From positions 32,001 through 96,000 of the IMG/VR virus record IMGVR_UViG_3300044691_000355: a stretch of DNA of 64,000 nt. One strand, given 5' to 3'. A program made the position numbers and the translations under genes. Of the stretch, positions 33,906 through 43,676 are shown one piece after another. The notes under the pieces are model-generated. The model was not told the origin of the DNA and ran no database searches. It worked only from the letters and a program-made list of their open reading frames with translations. Each line of letters starts with the position of its first letter. The stretch's first letter is position 1. This stretch comes from a virus.

Positions 33906-34159
33906 TCAAGCACAAAGAAATAGCCGGTCCCTCCTGCCTCACGCGCGCCGACATCAATGAGCCGCTCTTCGTGCTGCGCGCCAATGATGAGCTTGCGCCG
34001 CTGATCGTGCGCCGCTGGGCGAACCTCTACATCTCCTCCAAGGGCGTGTTTGCGACGGAAAGGCAGATCGCCAAGTTCAGCGAAGCGATGGCGCTCGCCA
34101 TACAGATGGAGAGCTGGAGGGCGGCGCGCAACATTCGCGATGCGGCCGCGAGCAAATGA
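33902..34159 (+). CDS. Small phage protein
   Basis: EPLFVLRANDELAPLIVRRWA motif. Confidence 0.6.
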   Translation: MIKHKEIAGPSCLTRADINEPLFVLRANDELAPLIVRRWANLYISSKGVFATERQIAKFSEAMALAIQMESWRAARNIRDAAASK

Positions 34160-34386
34160 CGATGCGCACGATGATCTTCGGCACCTACACGGCGGCGCAA
34201 AACTACGCTCGCGAGCACAGCCTATCGCCAAAAGACTGGTTGCACGGATCGAGCCGCGCCCGCGTCATGGGCCTCAACACCAATGAGTTTCATACCGTAA
34301 TCGTCGGCACCGAACTGGACGCGGCGGCAACCGAAGCGCTACGGGCATGGAATTTACGAAAGAGCATGTACGCAGGTGCCAAATGA
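34156..34386 (+). CDS. Hypothetical protein
   Basis: Coupled start/stop overlaps. Confidence 0.5.
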   Translation: MTMRTMIFGTYTAAQNYAREHSLSPKDWLHGSSRARVMGLNTNEFHTVIVGTELDAAATEALRAWNLRKSMYAGAK

Positions 34387-34632
34387 GACCGGACTTTTCC
34401 AGCAAGCGCTTGAGCACGGCGGGGGAATGGTCGCTGATCAGGGACCTATATGCCGAAACGTATCCGGTGCGGCCCTTGCTGAATCACGTTGACGAACTGG
34501 CGGCGGCGCTGAGAGAAATAGGCGACAAGGTGCCGTGCATCAACCAATTCGGGTTTTGCGCTTCGTGCAGCGCACGAGCTGCCCTCGAACGGGCAGGATT
34601 GCCGGTTACAACTGCCGATACAGGAGAGAAGC

Positions 34633-34914
34633 ATGCGAGTTAACGTCTACGCCGAAGAGATGACCGATAAAATCGAGATCATCGAAAAAACCACCGCCGA
34701 TGGAATGTTCACCGGCCTGCGCTTCTACTTGGAGCTTCCCGTCACTGTTCCCCAGAGTCATGGCGGGTACACGGTCCACAAGGGTCCGTTCATGCACAAC
34801 CCCAGCGACAACGACTCGGCCGCCGTGACCTTTTGGGGTAAGCAAGACTTGCGCAACGTGCTGCGGATCGCGCTCGAAAAGCTCGACGCACACTACGGCC
34901 CAGACAGGCCATGA
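34633..34914 (+). CDS. Hypothetical protein
   Basis: RBS GGAGA; MRVNVYAEE start, DSAAVTFWG. Confidence 0.6.
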   Translation: MRVNVYAEEMTDKIEIIEKTTADGMFTGLRFYLELPVTVPQSHGGYTVHKGPFMHNPSDNDSAAVTFWGKQDLRNVLRIALEKLDAHYGPDRP

Positions 34915-35089
34915 AAATCATCATCACCGATGATCGCGTGGAAATTTATCGCGAGGGCTTGCCATATGGAGACTCGCCCGGTAATTCGTGCCGCGAGTTT
35001 GCGGAGTGGGCCATGCAGTGGGGAATCAAGCGGCTCGCTACGGAGACGGCGGCCGGAATCGCGGTGCCCGGCACACAGAGGTCACAGCT

Positions 35090-35413
35090 ATGCGATTGAT
35101 GACGGAGCACTTCAATGCACTGACGCCTGCCGAGGCCGAACGCCTGGCGCTGCTGGCCGAAGAATGCGGTGAGTGCATTCAGGCTGTCGGTAAGATTCTG
35201 CGCCACGGCTACGAGTCGCAGCACCCGGAAGGAATTCACCACGGGGCGACGAACCGGCAAAGGCTCGTTGAGGAAATGGGCGACGTGCAGGCCGCAATGC
35301 TGATGCTTTGCGAGGGCGGCGATGTGAAGCATGCCGACATCCACATGGCCTGCGTTGAAAAGCTCGTGCGCGTGCGGCGTTACCTACATCATCAAGATGC
35401 ATTGCACCTATGA
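35090..35413 (+). CDS. MazG-like nucleotide pyrophosphohydrolase
   Basis: LAEECGECIQA..KILRHG, EEMGDV. Confidence 0.8.
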   Translation: MRLMTEHFNALTPAEAERLALLAEECGECIQAVGKILRHGYESQHPEGIHHGATNRQRLVEEMGDVQAAMLMLCEGGDVKHADIHMACVEKLVRVRRYLHHQDALHL

Positions 35414-35785
35414 AGCGGTTCCTGATCATCCACGTCATGCCCGGCGGCAGCGAAGAGCGCTATGAGATCACGGCGCGCAACTACCGCACGGCGTGGCGCA
35501 ATCGCGCCGAGCACGCCATGCACCTGGAGGATACCCGGTGCATCGTGATCCATGAAATCCACGAACCCGCCGAGGCAACGCCATGAGCAGCATCACCATG
35601 CGGATCACTATCAACGATGTCGATGGCGAGCGATGCGGCGTGACTGTCTCTACCGAGTCGTTTACCCCGAGCGATACACCCGACCATGTGGGCGAGTGCT
35701 GGGTCGGAATCTGCACGGCAATCAATCTGTACATGCGTGAGAACGGCTCCCCTCTCTTTAATTGCTTGAAACCCGAGGTACGTCA

Positions 35786-36040
35786 ATGAACATTCTGCAA
35801 AAGATCGTTACGCCGGGATTCATCGCGTTCAACGCGCATTGCTGGGCTGCCTACGCGCTCGTGTTCACGTTTCATCACTGGTGGGTGGTGGCCGCTGTGA
35901 TTGTGAGTGCAGGCATCAAGGAGTTCTACATCGACAAGCACGATGAAGTTGCGCAAAGTTTTCGTGACAACCTGACCGACTTTGCGGGCTATATGACTGG
36001 TGTGGTTGCGGCTCTGGCCATGCTGCGGGTGATGTCATGA
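35786..36040 (+). CDS. Small membrane protein
   Basis: Hydrophobic helices with H, KEF..D and D motifs. Confidence 0.5.
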   Translation: MNILQKIVTPGFIAFNAHCWAAYALVFTFHHWWVVAAVIVSAGIKEFYIDKHDEVAQSFRDNLTDFAGYMTGVVAALAMLRVMS

Positions 36041-36450
36041 GCCGCTCCGGGTACAGCGACGATTGCGAAAACGTGGCGATGTGGCGCGGCGCGGTGCTAA
36101 GCGCGATCCGGGGCAGGCGCGGGCAGGCATTCCTTCAGGAAATGATGGAGGCATTGGACACGCTGCCGGAAAAAACTCTTGCTGCGAATAGCTTCACCAA
36201 AGAGGGGGTCTGCGCACTCGGGAGTGTGGCGCTGAAGCGCAAGCTCGATGTCAGCGCACTGGAGCCGGATCACTACGGCGACGTTAATCGCGATGCGGTC
36301 GCCGACGTGTTCGGCATCGCGCCAGCGATGGCGGCCGAGATCATGTACGAGAATGACGAAGAATCCCGCTGGCACAATGAAACGCCGGAGGAGCGCTTCT
36401 GGCGCGTGAGGACCTGGGTTTTGAGCCAAATTAAAGCAAGTACAGCTTGA
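36037..36450 (+). CDS. Phage hypothetical protein
   Basis: MSRSGYSDD, SAIRGRRGQAFL, EIMYENDE, ETPEERF motifs. Confidence 0.7.
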   Translation: MSRSGYSDDCENVAMWRGAVLSAIRGRRGQAFLQEMMEALDTLPEKTLAANSFTKEGVCALGSVALKRKLDVSALEPDHYGDVNRDAVADVFGIAPAMAAEIMYENDEESRWHNETPEERFWRVRTWVLSQIKASTA

Positions 36451-36455
36451 TGTAC
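36440..36455. promoter_or_regulatory. Operator-like palindrome ahead of xis/int cassette 1
   Basis: GTACAGCTTGATGTAC followed by TATAAT at 36464-36469. Confidence 0.6.
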
Positions 36456-36457
36456 TT

Positions 36458-36700
36458 TTGGGGTATAATGTGAGGCTAGCGACACTCGCGGAATATCGGC
36501 GACTGGTGTACGCGGAAGGCAGCGGCCCCGCCTTGAACACACTGCGCAAGCGCATCAAAGATATTCCCGGCGGGCGCATGGAGTTGGGTCGCTACTATGT
36601 GGACCTCGATGAGAACGAGCGTCAGCGGGGGATCAAGAACCCGACGGCAAAACGAATTGCCGAACTGCGCGCGAGTCCTCTGTTGAAGAACCTGCTGTGA
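36458..36700 (+). CDS. Putative excisionase 1
   Basis: Small basic protein, TLAEY..PALNTLRKRI..GRYYVD; directly upstream of integrase. Confidence 0.65.
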   Translation: MGYNVRLATLAEYRRLVYAEGSGPALNTLRKRIKDIPGGRMELGRYYVDLDENERQRGIKNPTAKRIAELRASPLLKNLL

Positions 36701-36708
36701 GGATCGCG

Positions 36709-37872
36709 ATGGCACGACCGAGAAAACCGGGGACAGATTTCCCGCCGAACATGTACCGGGATGGCAGCGGCTTTCGCGTCGTCAATCCGCTCACGGAGAA
36801 GAAAATTCGCGTGCCTGACGAGGCCACGGCGCGCGCCATCGCTGAGCAGTTCAATGAGCTGCGCTGCATGGAGCATAAGCAAACCGTAGAGCGCCGCTAC
36901 GGTAAAAAAACCGCCGCCGATGTCGTTGACATGTTTCTCGCCGATGAGGTGCCCGGCAAACCGTGGAAGAATGGCACGCGCGCCAATCATGTGTACAAGC
37001 TCAAGCGCTTTAAGAGGCAATTTGGCGAGCATGAATTCGCACGGGTCGATTGTGTGATGCTGCGCGACTGGCTCAAGAGCTTCGTCCGCTCGGCAGGCCT
37101 GTGGGGCAAATACCGCGACACCTTAAGCCTGATGTGGGCGTTTGCCATCAGCGTCAATCTCGTCGGGGAGAACGAGCCGCTCAAGGTTCTGGCAAAGTAC
37201 ACCGGCCCGAAGGTGGCCGCGAACCGCACCCAGCGCCGCCCGCTCGATGTGGCTGCCTACAAAGCGATCTATGAGCACGCCCCGGCGTACCTGCGCCTCG
37301 CCATGGACTTATCGCTTTTGACCCTCCAGTCGCGCAATGAAATCATCAACATGGAGCACACCGATTTCGATGATGGCTACCTGTTCGTGATCCGGGAGAA
37401 GACCGCCTACAAATCGAACATGGCTTTCATCAAGATCGCCCTGACCGAGGAGTTGAAGTACCTGCGCCAGCGCGGCCGGATGCTCGACAATGCCGCAAGC
37501 CCGTACCTCGTCCATCGCAAGCCGTTCAAGAAGTACAAGCGCGCCCCCAGGGAGGGTGAGACCGCCATGCCGCATTGGACGTGGATCACCCCGAACTTCC
37601 TCTCCAAGGCGTTCAAAAAGGCGCGCAACAAGACTGGGCTCTGGGAGGGGGTGCCACAGGTGGAGCAGCCGGGCTTTCATATGATCCGCAAATTGGGTGC
37701 CCAGCTTGCCGAGGACCGTGGCGTGCCCACCGGGGTCATTCAGGCCCTCATGACGCACTCCAGCCCCGAGACCACGATGATCTACCTCGACCGGGGAGAG
37801 GCGGCGCTGACGGCCTCTGACTTCGTTCCCACGGCCACCCTGTTCACCCTCAAGGAGGCGCTGGGCCGATGA
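36709..37872 (+). CDS. int: Tyrosine integrase 1
   Basis: QSRNEI (R), EKT (K), FHMIR (HxxR), MTHS (H), MIYLD (Y); lambda-like N-terminus. Confidence 0.9.
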   Translation: MARPRKPGTDFPPNMYRDGSGFRVVNPLTEKKIRVPDEATARAIAEQFNELRCMEHKQTVERRYGKKTAADVVDMFLADEVPGKPWKNGTRANHVYKLKRFKRQFGEHEFARVDCVMLRDWLKSFVRSAGLWGKYRDTLSLMWAFAISVNLVGENEPLKVLAKYTGPKVAANRTQRRPLDVAAYKAIYEHAPAYLRLAMDLSLLTLQSRNEIINMEHTDFDDGYLFVIREKTAYKSNMAFIKIALTEELKYLRQRGRMLDNAASPYLVHRKPFKKYKRAPREGETAMPHWTWITPNFLSKAFKKARNKTGLWEGVPQVEQPGFHMIRKLGAQLAEDRGVPTGVIQALMTHSSPETTMIYLDRGEAALTASDFVPTATLFTLKEALGR

Positions 37873-37940
37873 TCATCATGGTGTACTTGGGACGCGCTCA
37901 ATTGAGGCGCGCTGAGCCCTCAAAAGCGGGTCGGTACATC

Positions 37941-37972
37941 TGGGTAAAACGTTTTACCCATAGTTTTACCCA
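37941..37972. repeat. Putative integrase arm-type sites
   Basis: GTTTTACCCA three times: inverted 37941-37950, direct 37951-37960 and 37963-37972. Confidence 0.65.
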
Positions 37973-38029
37973 GGCATTTTTCGCGCCGTCGAAAATCGCG
38001 GCCAACTACATGAATTTGATCGAGAAAAG

Positions 38030-38074
38030 TGGTGCGCGCTAGTGGGATCGAACCACTGACCCCCACCATGTCAA
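38030..38074 (-). other. attP core 1: 3' half of tRNA-Val(GAC)
   Basis: TTGACATGGTGGGGGTCAGTGGTTCGATCCCACTAGCGCGCACCA: anticodon loop, T arm, CCA; no D arm. Confidence 0.85.
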
Positions 38075-38198
38075 AATTGGCGCGCACGGCGGGCAATGCC
38101 ACGGATTCTATAGTAATAGTGGTATTTAGCGCCAGGCTCAAAAGTAACTTGCGTATCCCTAAATTGTCGTTTAGAAACCATCACGAACAAAGGACACC

Positions 38199-38894
38199 AT
38201 GATGGACACAGCCACATCAATTTCACACCCCCACCTCCTGCGCCCTGGCATGCCCCCAGTGCCGCGCCGGATGAAAGGCCTACGCATCAGCGACAAGGGG
38301 TATCCCGTGCCCTGGTTCGTCGAGTGGATCGACGGCAAGCCGGATTTTCGCGTGATGAGCGCAGAGAAGATGCTGACCTCTATCAGGTTCGGGAACTGCT
38401 GGCTATGCGGCATCCCCGTGGGGGTACACAAGACCTTCGTCATTGGCCCCATGTGCGTGGTCAACCGCACCACGGCCGAGCCACCTAGCCACCACGACTG
38501 CGCGGCGTTCGCTGCAATGGCCTGCCCGTTCCTGACCCTCCCGAAAGCGAAGCGCCGCGAGGCAAACCTACCCAACCACGTGGCCCCGGCGGGCTTCATG
38601 ATCGCTCGCAATCCGGGTGCAACATGCTTGTACACGACGAATTCTTTCAAGCCCTACAAGGCGCACACCGAGACCGGTGGCGGCAGTGGCATCCTCATGG
38701 AGCTGGGCGAGCCTACCTCCGTCGAGTGGTACGCCCTGGGCCAGCGCTGCGGGCGCGCGGCGGTGCTGGAGTCAATCGACAGCGGGATGCACCTCCTATG
38801 GGCGGCAGCGCACATGGACCGCGACATCATTCAATCGCTGGTGGACCTTGAGAATGCCTACGCGCGCGCGATGTCGCTGCTGCCAGCCGAATGA
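38199..38894 (+). CDS. Cys/His-rich hypothetical protein
   Basis: PVPWFV, KPDFR, CWLCG, EPPSHHDC, ACPFL; RBS AAGGA. Confidence 0.7.
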   Translation: MMDTATSISHPHLLRPGMPPVPRRMKGLRISDKGYPVPWFVEWIDGKPDFRVMSAEKMLTSIRFGNCWLCGIPVGVHKTFVIGPMCVVNRTTAEPPSHHDCAAFAAMACPFLTLPKAKRREANLPNHVAPAGFMIARNPGATCLYTTNSFKPYKAHTETGGGSGILMELGEPTSVEWYALGQRCGRAAVLESIDSGMHLLWAAAHMDRDIIQSLVDLENAYARAMSLLPAE

Positions 38895-39184
38895 GCGCCT
38901 ACGTGATGCAACTGGTCTGCCTGGCTAACGGCGAGGCATCACCGCACGATGGCACGTACCTAGTGCGGTACGAACCTCCGGCGATGCGCCCCGATGCCTC
39001 GGGCTACGAAGGTGGGACGCTCGTCACCACGCGCGTCGTCGCGGAAGCGCATAAATTTTCCGACTCGGTTGAGTTGCTTGAGTGCTGGCGCAAAGCCAAC
39101 GGGACCCGCCCGTATGACGGCAAACCGAATCGGCCGCTGACGGCATACACGGTTGAGGCCGTGCCACTGGACGAGCTGAAATGA
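38891..39184 (+). CDS. Hypothetical protein
   Basis: RPYDGKPNRPLTAYTVE C-terminus; coupled overlaps. Confidence 0.55.
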   Translation: MSAYVMQLVCLANGEASPHDGTYLVRYEPPAMRPDASGYEGGTLVTTRVVAEAHKFSDSVELLECWRKANGTRPYDGKPNRPLTAYTVEAVPLDELK

Positions 39185-39417
39185 TCGCGAAGTGCCAGCG
39201 TTCGCTTTCGACTAACGAACCGGATGGCCCGCAGCTTCTGATCTACAACCATGCCAGAGATTTAATGTGGATGGGCGCAATCCCGGATGAGTGGAACGAT
39301 CTATTCGGACCGACCATCGCGCCGTGGGACAATCGTTTCTTTGCTGAGGTCCGGTGGGCTGACCTTGTTCGCCCGCCACTATTCGTCCGTAAGCTACCGG
39401 AGCAAGACTGGAAATGA
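39181..39417 (+). CDS. Hypothetical protein
   Basis: Coupled ATGA overlaps. Confidence 0.55.
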   Translation: MIAKCQRSLSTNEPDGPQLLIYNHARDLMWMGAIPDEWNDLFGPTIAPWDNRFFAEVRWADLVRPPLFVRKLPEQDWK

Positions 39418-39917
39418 CCCCTGAGTTCCGCAAGTTCTACGATTCCATGCTCGAATGCGTCGGCGCGCTGATCGCGCTTGACCCGCCAGCCGATTCCCCC
39501 GAGGGGCGGTTGCTCGTCGGGCTAGCCACGTCGCTGGAGGAGTTTGAGAAAACCGAGTTCCCGTTCACTGAACGGGATGTGCGGACAGCGACAGGGGCGC
39601 ACCTTGACGCGCTGATGGGTATCCGACCGCCGGGGGTGACTGACGCCGAAGTGCGCAGCCTTTCCGGCATGGAGGCAATTCTCGCGATTGCCGATCTGCG
39701 CGCTCCTGACGGGACCGTGTACCCAGCCGAAGAATTGAAAAGGACGGCTAATGGCCGGACAACATTCTGGGACGAAGCGCGCCAAGCATTGATCTATCGC
39801 GGGCCGGTGCCGCCACCCTCCTACACCTGCCGGTTCTGCCAGCGCGTCAGCTACAACGGGAACGACATCGCGCAGCGCTATTGCGGGCACTGCCACAAGT
39901 TCGCAATCAACCAATGA
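39414..39917 (+). CDS. Mosaic protein with C-terminal zinc ribbon
   Basis: N-terminal PPADSPEGRLL..LEEFE helix; C-terminal CRFC...YCGHCH. Confidence 0.55.
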   Translation: MTPEFRKFYDSMLECVGALIALDPPADSPEGRLLVGLATSLEEFEKTEFPFTERDVRTATGAHLDALMGIRPPGVTDAEVRSLSGMEAILAIADLRAPDGTVYPAEELKRTANGRTTFWDEARQALIYRGPVPPPSYTCRFCQRVSYNGNDIAQRYCGHCHKFAINQ

Positions 39918-40001
39918 GCGCCGCTGGATGGAACTTGAATACTACCGCGACAAAAGCCACGTGATCGTCATCGGGCTATTCGAGGATGGTGCCCTGGTTA
40001 C

Positions 40002-40346
40002 ATGGGCGATCTTTTGGAATGGGAAGCCGCGCTCAGGCCGATGGCCGAAACGTCGTACTCCCAGCGGAGAGGTGAAGCCGTGAAGCTACCGGAAGTGGAT
40101 GCCGTCAATATCAATGAGCTATCGACGGAGGCGCGCACCGCGATTACCGATGCGCTCTTTGATGACGGCTGGGACGTTGGCAAGTCGTGGATTGACTTCG
40201 ATATGTGCTGCGGCATCTGGTTCCGATTGAAGTACGCGAAGGATGACCCTGACCTATTCCCCAAGGGCAAGTGGGCTACCTTGCAGCGTTTCGAGCAATT
40301 GATTGAGCAGGCAGTACGCTCACAATCTGATGCCGGGGTGAAGTGA
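40002..40346 (+). CDS. Hypothetical protein
   Basis: In operon; start uncertain. Confidence 0.45.
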   Translation: MGDLLEWEAALRPMAETSYSQRRGEAVKLPEVDAVNINELSTEARTAITDALFDDGWDVGKSWIDFDMCCGIWFRLKYAKDDPDLFPKGKWATLQRFEQLIEQAVRSQSDAGVK

Positions 40347-40624
40347 TGGCCATACATATCAAGACGGTCGAAGACTTGACGAAAGCCCTGGCATTGTTCG
40401 ATCCGCAGACGCCTATCATATCCGTGTTCGAGGGTATCTTTGGGCCGATCACTGTCTATCGTAGCGACCCGCAATCCTGGTACGGAAAGCATTTGCCGGG
40501 GCCGGTAGCGCATTGTGTGCTTGAGCCGGAGAATTTGACTTACGAGAGCGACACGTCGGACGGGTTCATTCCTATTGATGATCCTGATGCCGCAACGGTC
40601 AAGGCTCCAGGGACTTCGCCATGA
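40343..40624 (+). CDS. Hypothetical protein
   Basis: KTVEDLTKALALFDPQTPI pattern. Confidence 0.5.
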   Translation: MMAIHIKTVEDLTKALALFDPQTPIISVFEGIFGPITVYRSDPQSWYGKHLPGPVAHCVLEPENLTYESDTSDGFIPIDDPDAATVKAPGTSP

Positions 40625-40805
40625 GATCCCAATACTCAGCCTTTTCAGCAGCGTCCATCCCGGCTTCATCCTTACCCTTGGCAAGCAGCTCGATCGCGCG
40701 TCGCGCCCACTTGTCACGCTTGACGCTGTATTCGACGTGGCGGCGGAAGCGCTCTACGAGGTCTGTTTTTGGGCGCATGGCTGATTATGCACACGGAAAA
40801 TTATA

Positions 40806-42638
40806 ATGAAGCAAATACGGATTGGCTCTGTTTCTATCCCGCTCGATAGCTATGTCGTGGGAGGAACTGCGTTATTGGGAATCAGGGAATCTGGAAAAAC
40901 CTACGCGGCCAAGGGCATCGCTGAACAACTCCTTGATTATAAGATACCGATTGTCGTCTTCGACGCCATTGGCGTCTGGAGGCACTTAAAAGTCGCGCGC
41001 CCCAGCGCTGGCGGCCGGGGCTTCAAGATCGTCATTGCTGGCGGCGAGAGCGCTGATCTACCACTGACGCCGGCCAGCGCACCGGCTATTGTTCGCGCCG
41101 CGATCGCTGAGAACATCCCGCTCGTCATCGATTTGTACGATCACAAGCTGTCGAAGGCTGACTGGCGTCGCATCGTGCAGCATTGCTTCCGCACGTTGCT
41201 CTACGAGAACAAGGGGCTGCGCCATATTTTCCTCGAGGAAACCGCGGAGTACGCGCCTCAAAAGGTCATGGACGGCGAGACCTATGCCGAGGTAGAGAAA
41301 CTTGTGCGCATGGGCGGCAACAAGTCGCTTGGTATCACGCTGATCAATCAGCGGGCACAGGAAGTCAACAAGGCTGTCTTGGATCTCTGCGAAAATCTCG
41401 TGCTGATGCGCCAACGCGGCGCCCACGCCATCGGGGCGCTGGAGAAGTGGATCGACAAGCTGGAACCTGATATCGCCAAGACCATCGCAACCGAGATGCC
41501 GCACATGGAAGCCGGTGACGCCTGGGTATTCAGCGGCAGCGCCGAAACCGCCAAGCGCACACACACTGCGCATATCCTTTCGTATCACCCGGATCGCCGC
41601 AAACCACAGACGAAGGCGACAGCGCCCGATCGTATTGCTGACACCGTCGACTTTGTGTCGAAGCTCGCTGGAGAGTTGAAATCGCTGACGGCTGAGGCGG
41701 CGGCAAACGATCCATCGACGCTCAAGCGGCGTATAGCCGAGCTGGAGCGCCAGGTGAAGGCGGCGCCCGCCAAGGCGACAGCAGCGGTCACTGATTCGGC
41801 CACCGGCAGACGTCATGCCGCTCAGCTCGTAAAACTCACTGCATTGATCGAGGAGCTTATGAAATTCGTCGTCACGATCAACGCCAAGGACTTCACGGCC
41901 AAGGCCGGCGAGAACGTCGACGGAGATGCGCTACAGAAGGCGATCGAGGCGGCCGTGGTCCGCGCTCGGCAACTGATTGAGCAAAGCATGGAGGCGCGTA
42001 ACCGTGAGCTGCAGGCGCTGCAGCGAGACGGCGGCCGACTGGTGGCACGCGTGCAAAAGCTGCTCGAATCCCAGGACGTCAAGATCGACGTCGACGTAAA
42101 GCACAATGAACCATTCACCGTGGCGCCGACGCAGCGGCCAGCGCCGGCAGCCAGAAAGACCAATGGGTCATCCAGCGATATTGGCTCTGGCGGCAAGCGT
42201 CGAATGCTCACCGTACTGGCGCAGTACCCTGAAGGTATGCACCACGGCAAGCTGTCGATTCTTACGGGCCTTTCGTCGCGCTCCGGCACCTGGAGCACCT
42301 ATCTGGGAGAACTTCGCACCAAAGGATGGGTGGAGGGGCGCGACCATCTGAAAGTCACGGAAGACGGATTGCAGGCGCTAGGCGATTGGCAGCCACTGCC
42401 GACAGGCCAACAATTGATTGAGTATTGGCGGCAACGGCTGGGCGACAGCGGCAAGCGAAAGATATTTGATGTCGCAGTAGCGGCCTATCCGAATGCTGTC
42501 GTCACCGAAGAGGTAGCCGAGCAAACCGGTTTATCTGCGCGCAGCGGAACGTGGAGTACATATCTCGGCGAGCTGCGCACGCTCGGGCTCATAACCGGCC
42601 GCGGCGAAGTGCGCGCCAGTGAGGATTTGTTCTCATGA
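40806..42638 (+). CDS. HerA/DUF87-like P-loop ATPase with coiled coil and two winged-helix repeats
   Basis: GIRESGKT Walker A, IFLEE Walker B, INQR; duplicated TGLS.RSGTWSTYLGELRT.G. Confidence 0.8.
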   Translation: MKQIRIGSVSIPLDSYVVGGTALLGIRESGKTYAAKGIAEQLLDYKIPIVVFDAIGVWRHLKVARPSAGGRGFKIVIAGGESADLPLTPASAPAIVRAAIAENIPLVIDLYDHKLSKADWRRIVQHCFRTLLYENKGLRHIFLEETAEYAPQKVMDGETYAEVEKLVRMGGNKSLGITLINQRAQEVNKAVLDLCENLVLMRQRGAHAIGALEKWIDKLEPDIAKTIATEMPHMEAGDAWVFSGSAETAKRTHTAHILSYHPDRRKPQTKATAPDRIADTVDFVSKLAGELKSLTAEAAANDPSTLKRRIAELERQVKAAPAKATAAVTDSATGRRHAAQLVKLTALIEELMKFVVTINAKDFTAKAGENVDGDALQKAIEAAVVRARQLIEQSMEARNRELQALQRDGGRLVARVQKLLESQDVKIDVDVKHNEPFTVAPTQRPAPAARKTNGSSSDIGSGGKRRMLTVLAQYPEGMHHGKLSILTGLSSRSGTWSTYLGELRTKGWVEGRDHLKVTEDGLQALGDWQPLPTGQQLIEYWRQRLGDSGKRKIFDVAVAAYPNAVVTEEVAEQTGLSARSGTWSTYLGELRTLGLITGRGEVRASEDLFS

Positions 42639-42801
42639 TGTTCGACGCCCGCCTACGCGAGATCAAAAAACGCAACCTTGAGCATTTCAAGAAGTTCGGG
42701 GCGCTGTCTTCCGATCCGCAGGCCAACGATATCCGCGACATATTGGAGCATGTTGATGAGTTGAATGAGGAATTGGACCGCGTTGGTGAGGAGTATTAGA
42801 G

Positions 42802-43299
42802 GTGACGGGATTCCTCACTGATGAACAAGTGCGGGACTACACCGGGAAGTTGCAGCCAGCAGCTCAAGTGCGCGTGTTGAACAAGCACGGCATCCGGCAC
42901 AAGGTAACGGACTTCAATCGCGTTCTAGTCACGTGGAATGCCGTCAACGGGATAGAGGACGAGCCCATGCCAAACGCCGCGACCGAGGCCGCGCGCGCAC
43001 CGCTACTGAGCTTGGATGCGCTACGCGTGTTGCCCACTGATCTTCATCATGTCGGGAGCGGCGTGTATTTTTTGTGGGATCAAGAGTGGCTTGTGTACGT
43101 TGGGCAATCTAATTGCATTCCAGATCGAATCCGCGCGCATCGCAACGCGAGGAACGGTCTGCGCCCAGGCAGGGTTATTCACTTCGACAGGCACACCTAT
43201 CTGCTGCTTGAGAGCGCTGGCGATATGGATACCGTCGAGGCTCGGTATATCCATCATTACAATCCTGAGTTCAATGTGCATTGCCGAAGTGACACATGA
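42802..43299 (+). CDS. DUF4224-like HTH fused to GIY-YIG nuclease domain
   Basis: FLTDEQVRDYTG...AAQVRVL..HGI; GVYFL..VYVGQS..RIRAH..EARYI..YNPEFN. Confidence 0.7.
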   Translation: MTGFLTDEQVRDYTGKLQPAAQVRVLNKHGIRHKVTDFNRVLVTWNAVNGIEDEPMPNAATEAARAPLLSLDALRVLPTDLHHVGSGVYFLWDQEWLVYVGQSNCIPDRIRAHRNARNGLRPGRVIHFDRHTYLLLESAGDMDTVEARYIHHYNPEFNVHCRSDT

Positions 43300-43314
43300 A
43301 CGAAGAAAACCCTA

Positions 43315-43676
43315 TGAGCGAAAATCACACGATGAGTTTGGCGCAAGCCGCTGAATTCCTGCGGATTCACCCTGAGACTCTTGCGGCTCGCGCCAGGGCT
43401 AACGAGATCCCTGGTTGCAAGGTTGGCAGGTCCTGGGTTTTCATGCCTGAATTATTGAGGGAGTACCTGAGATGTCGATCTACCGCCGCAAAGGAACGCC
43501 CAACTGGTGGATCAGCATCAGCGTCGCTGGCCGAAAGACTCGCCGGACGACTGGCACAGCGGACCGCGAAAAAGCAAAGGAGTTCGAGACAAGCGAGCGC
43601 GAACGGCTCTGGCGAGTCCACAAGCTCGGTGATACAGGTTACGTTCGGTGGGCCGAAGCGGCAGCAAGATGGTTAG
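43315..43676 (+). CDS. Excisionase-like HTH protein 2, overlapping integrase 2
   Basis: MSLAQAAEFLRIHPETL..RARANEIPGCKVGRSWVF. Confidence 0.8.

Noticed and set aside
38030-38090. Intact tRNA-Val gene; GTGCGCGCC upstream can pair with the acceptor strand
   Set aside because: No D arm or 5' anticodon stem; only the 3' half is present, as expected for attP. The pairing may be chance.
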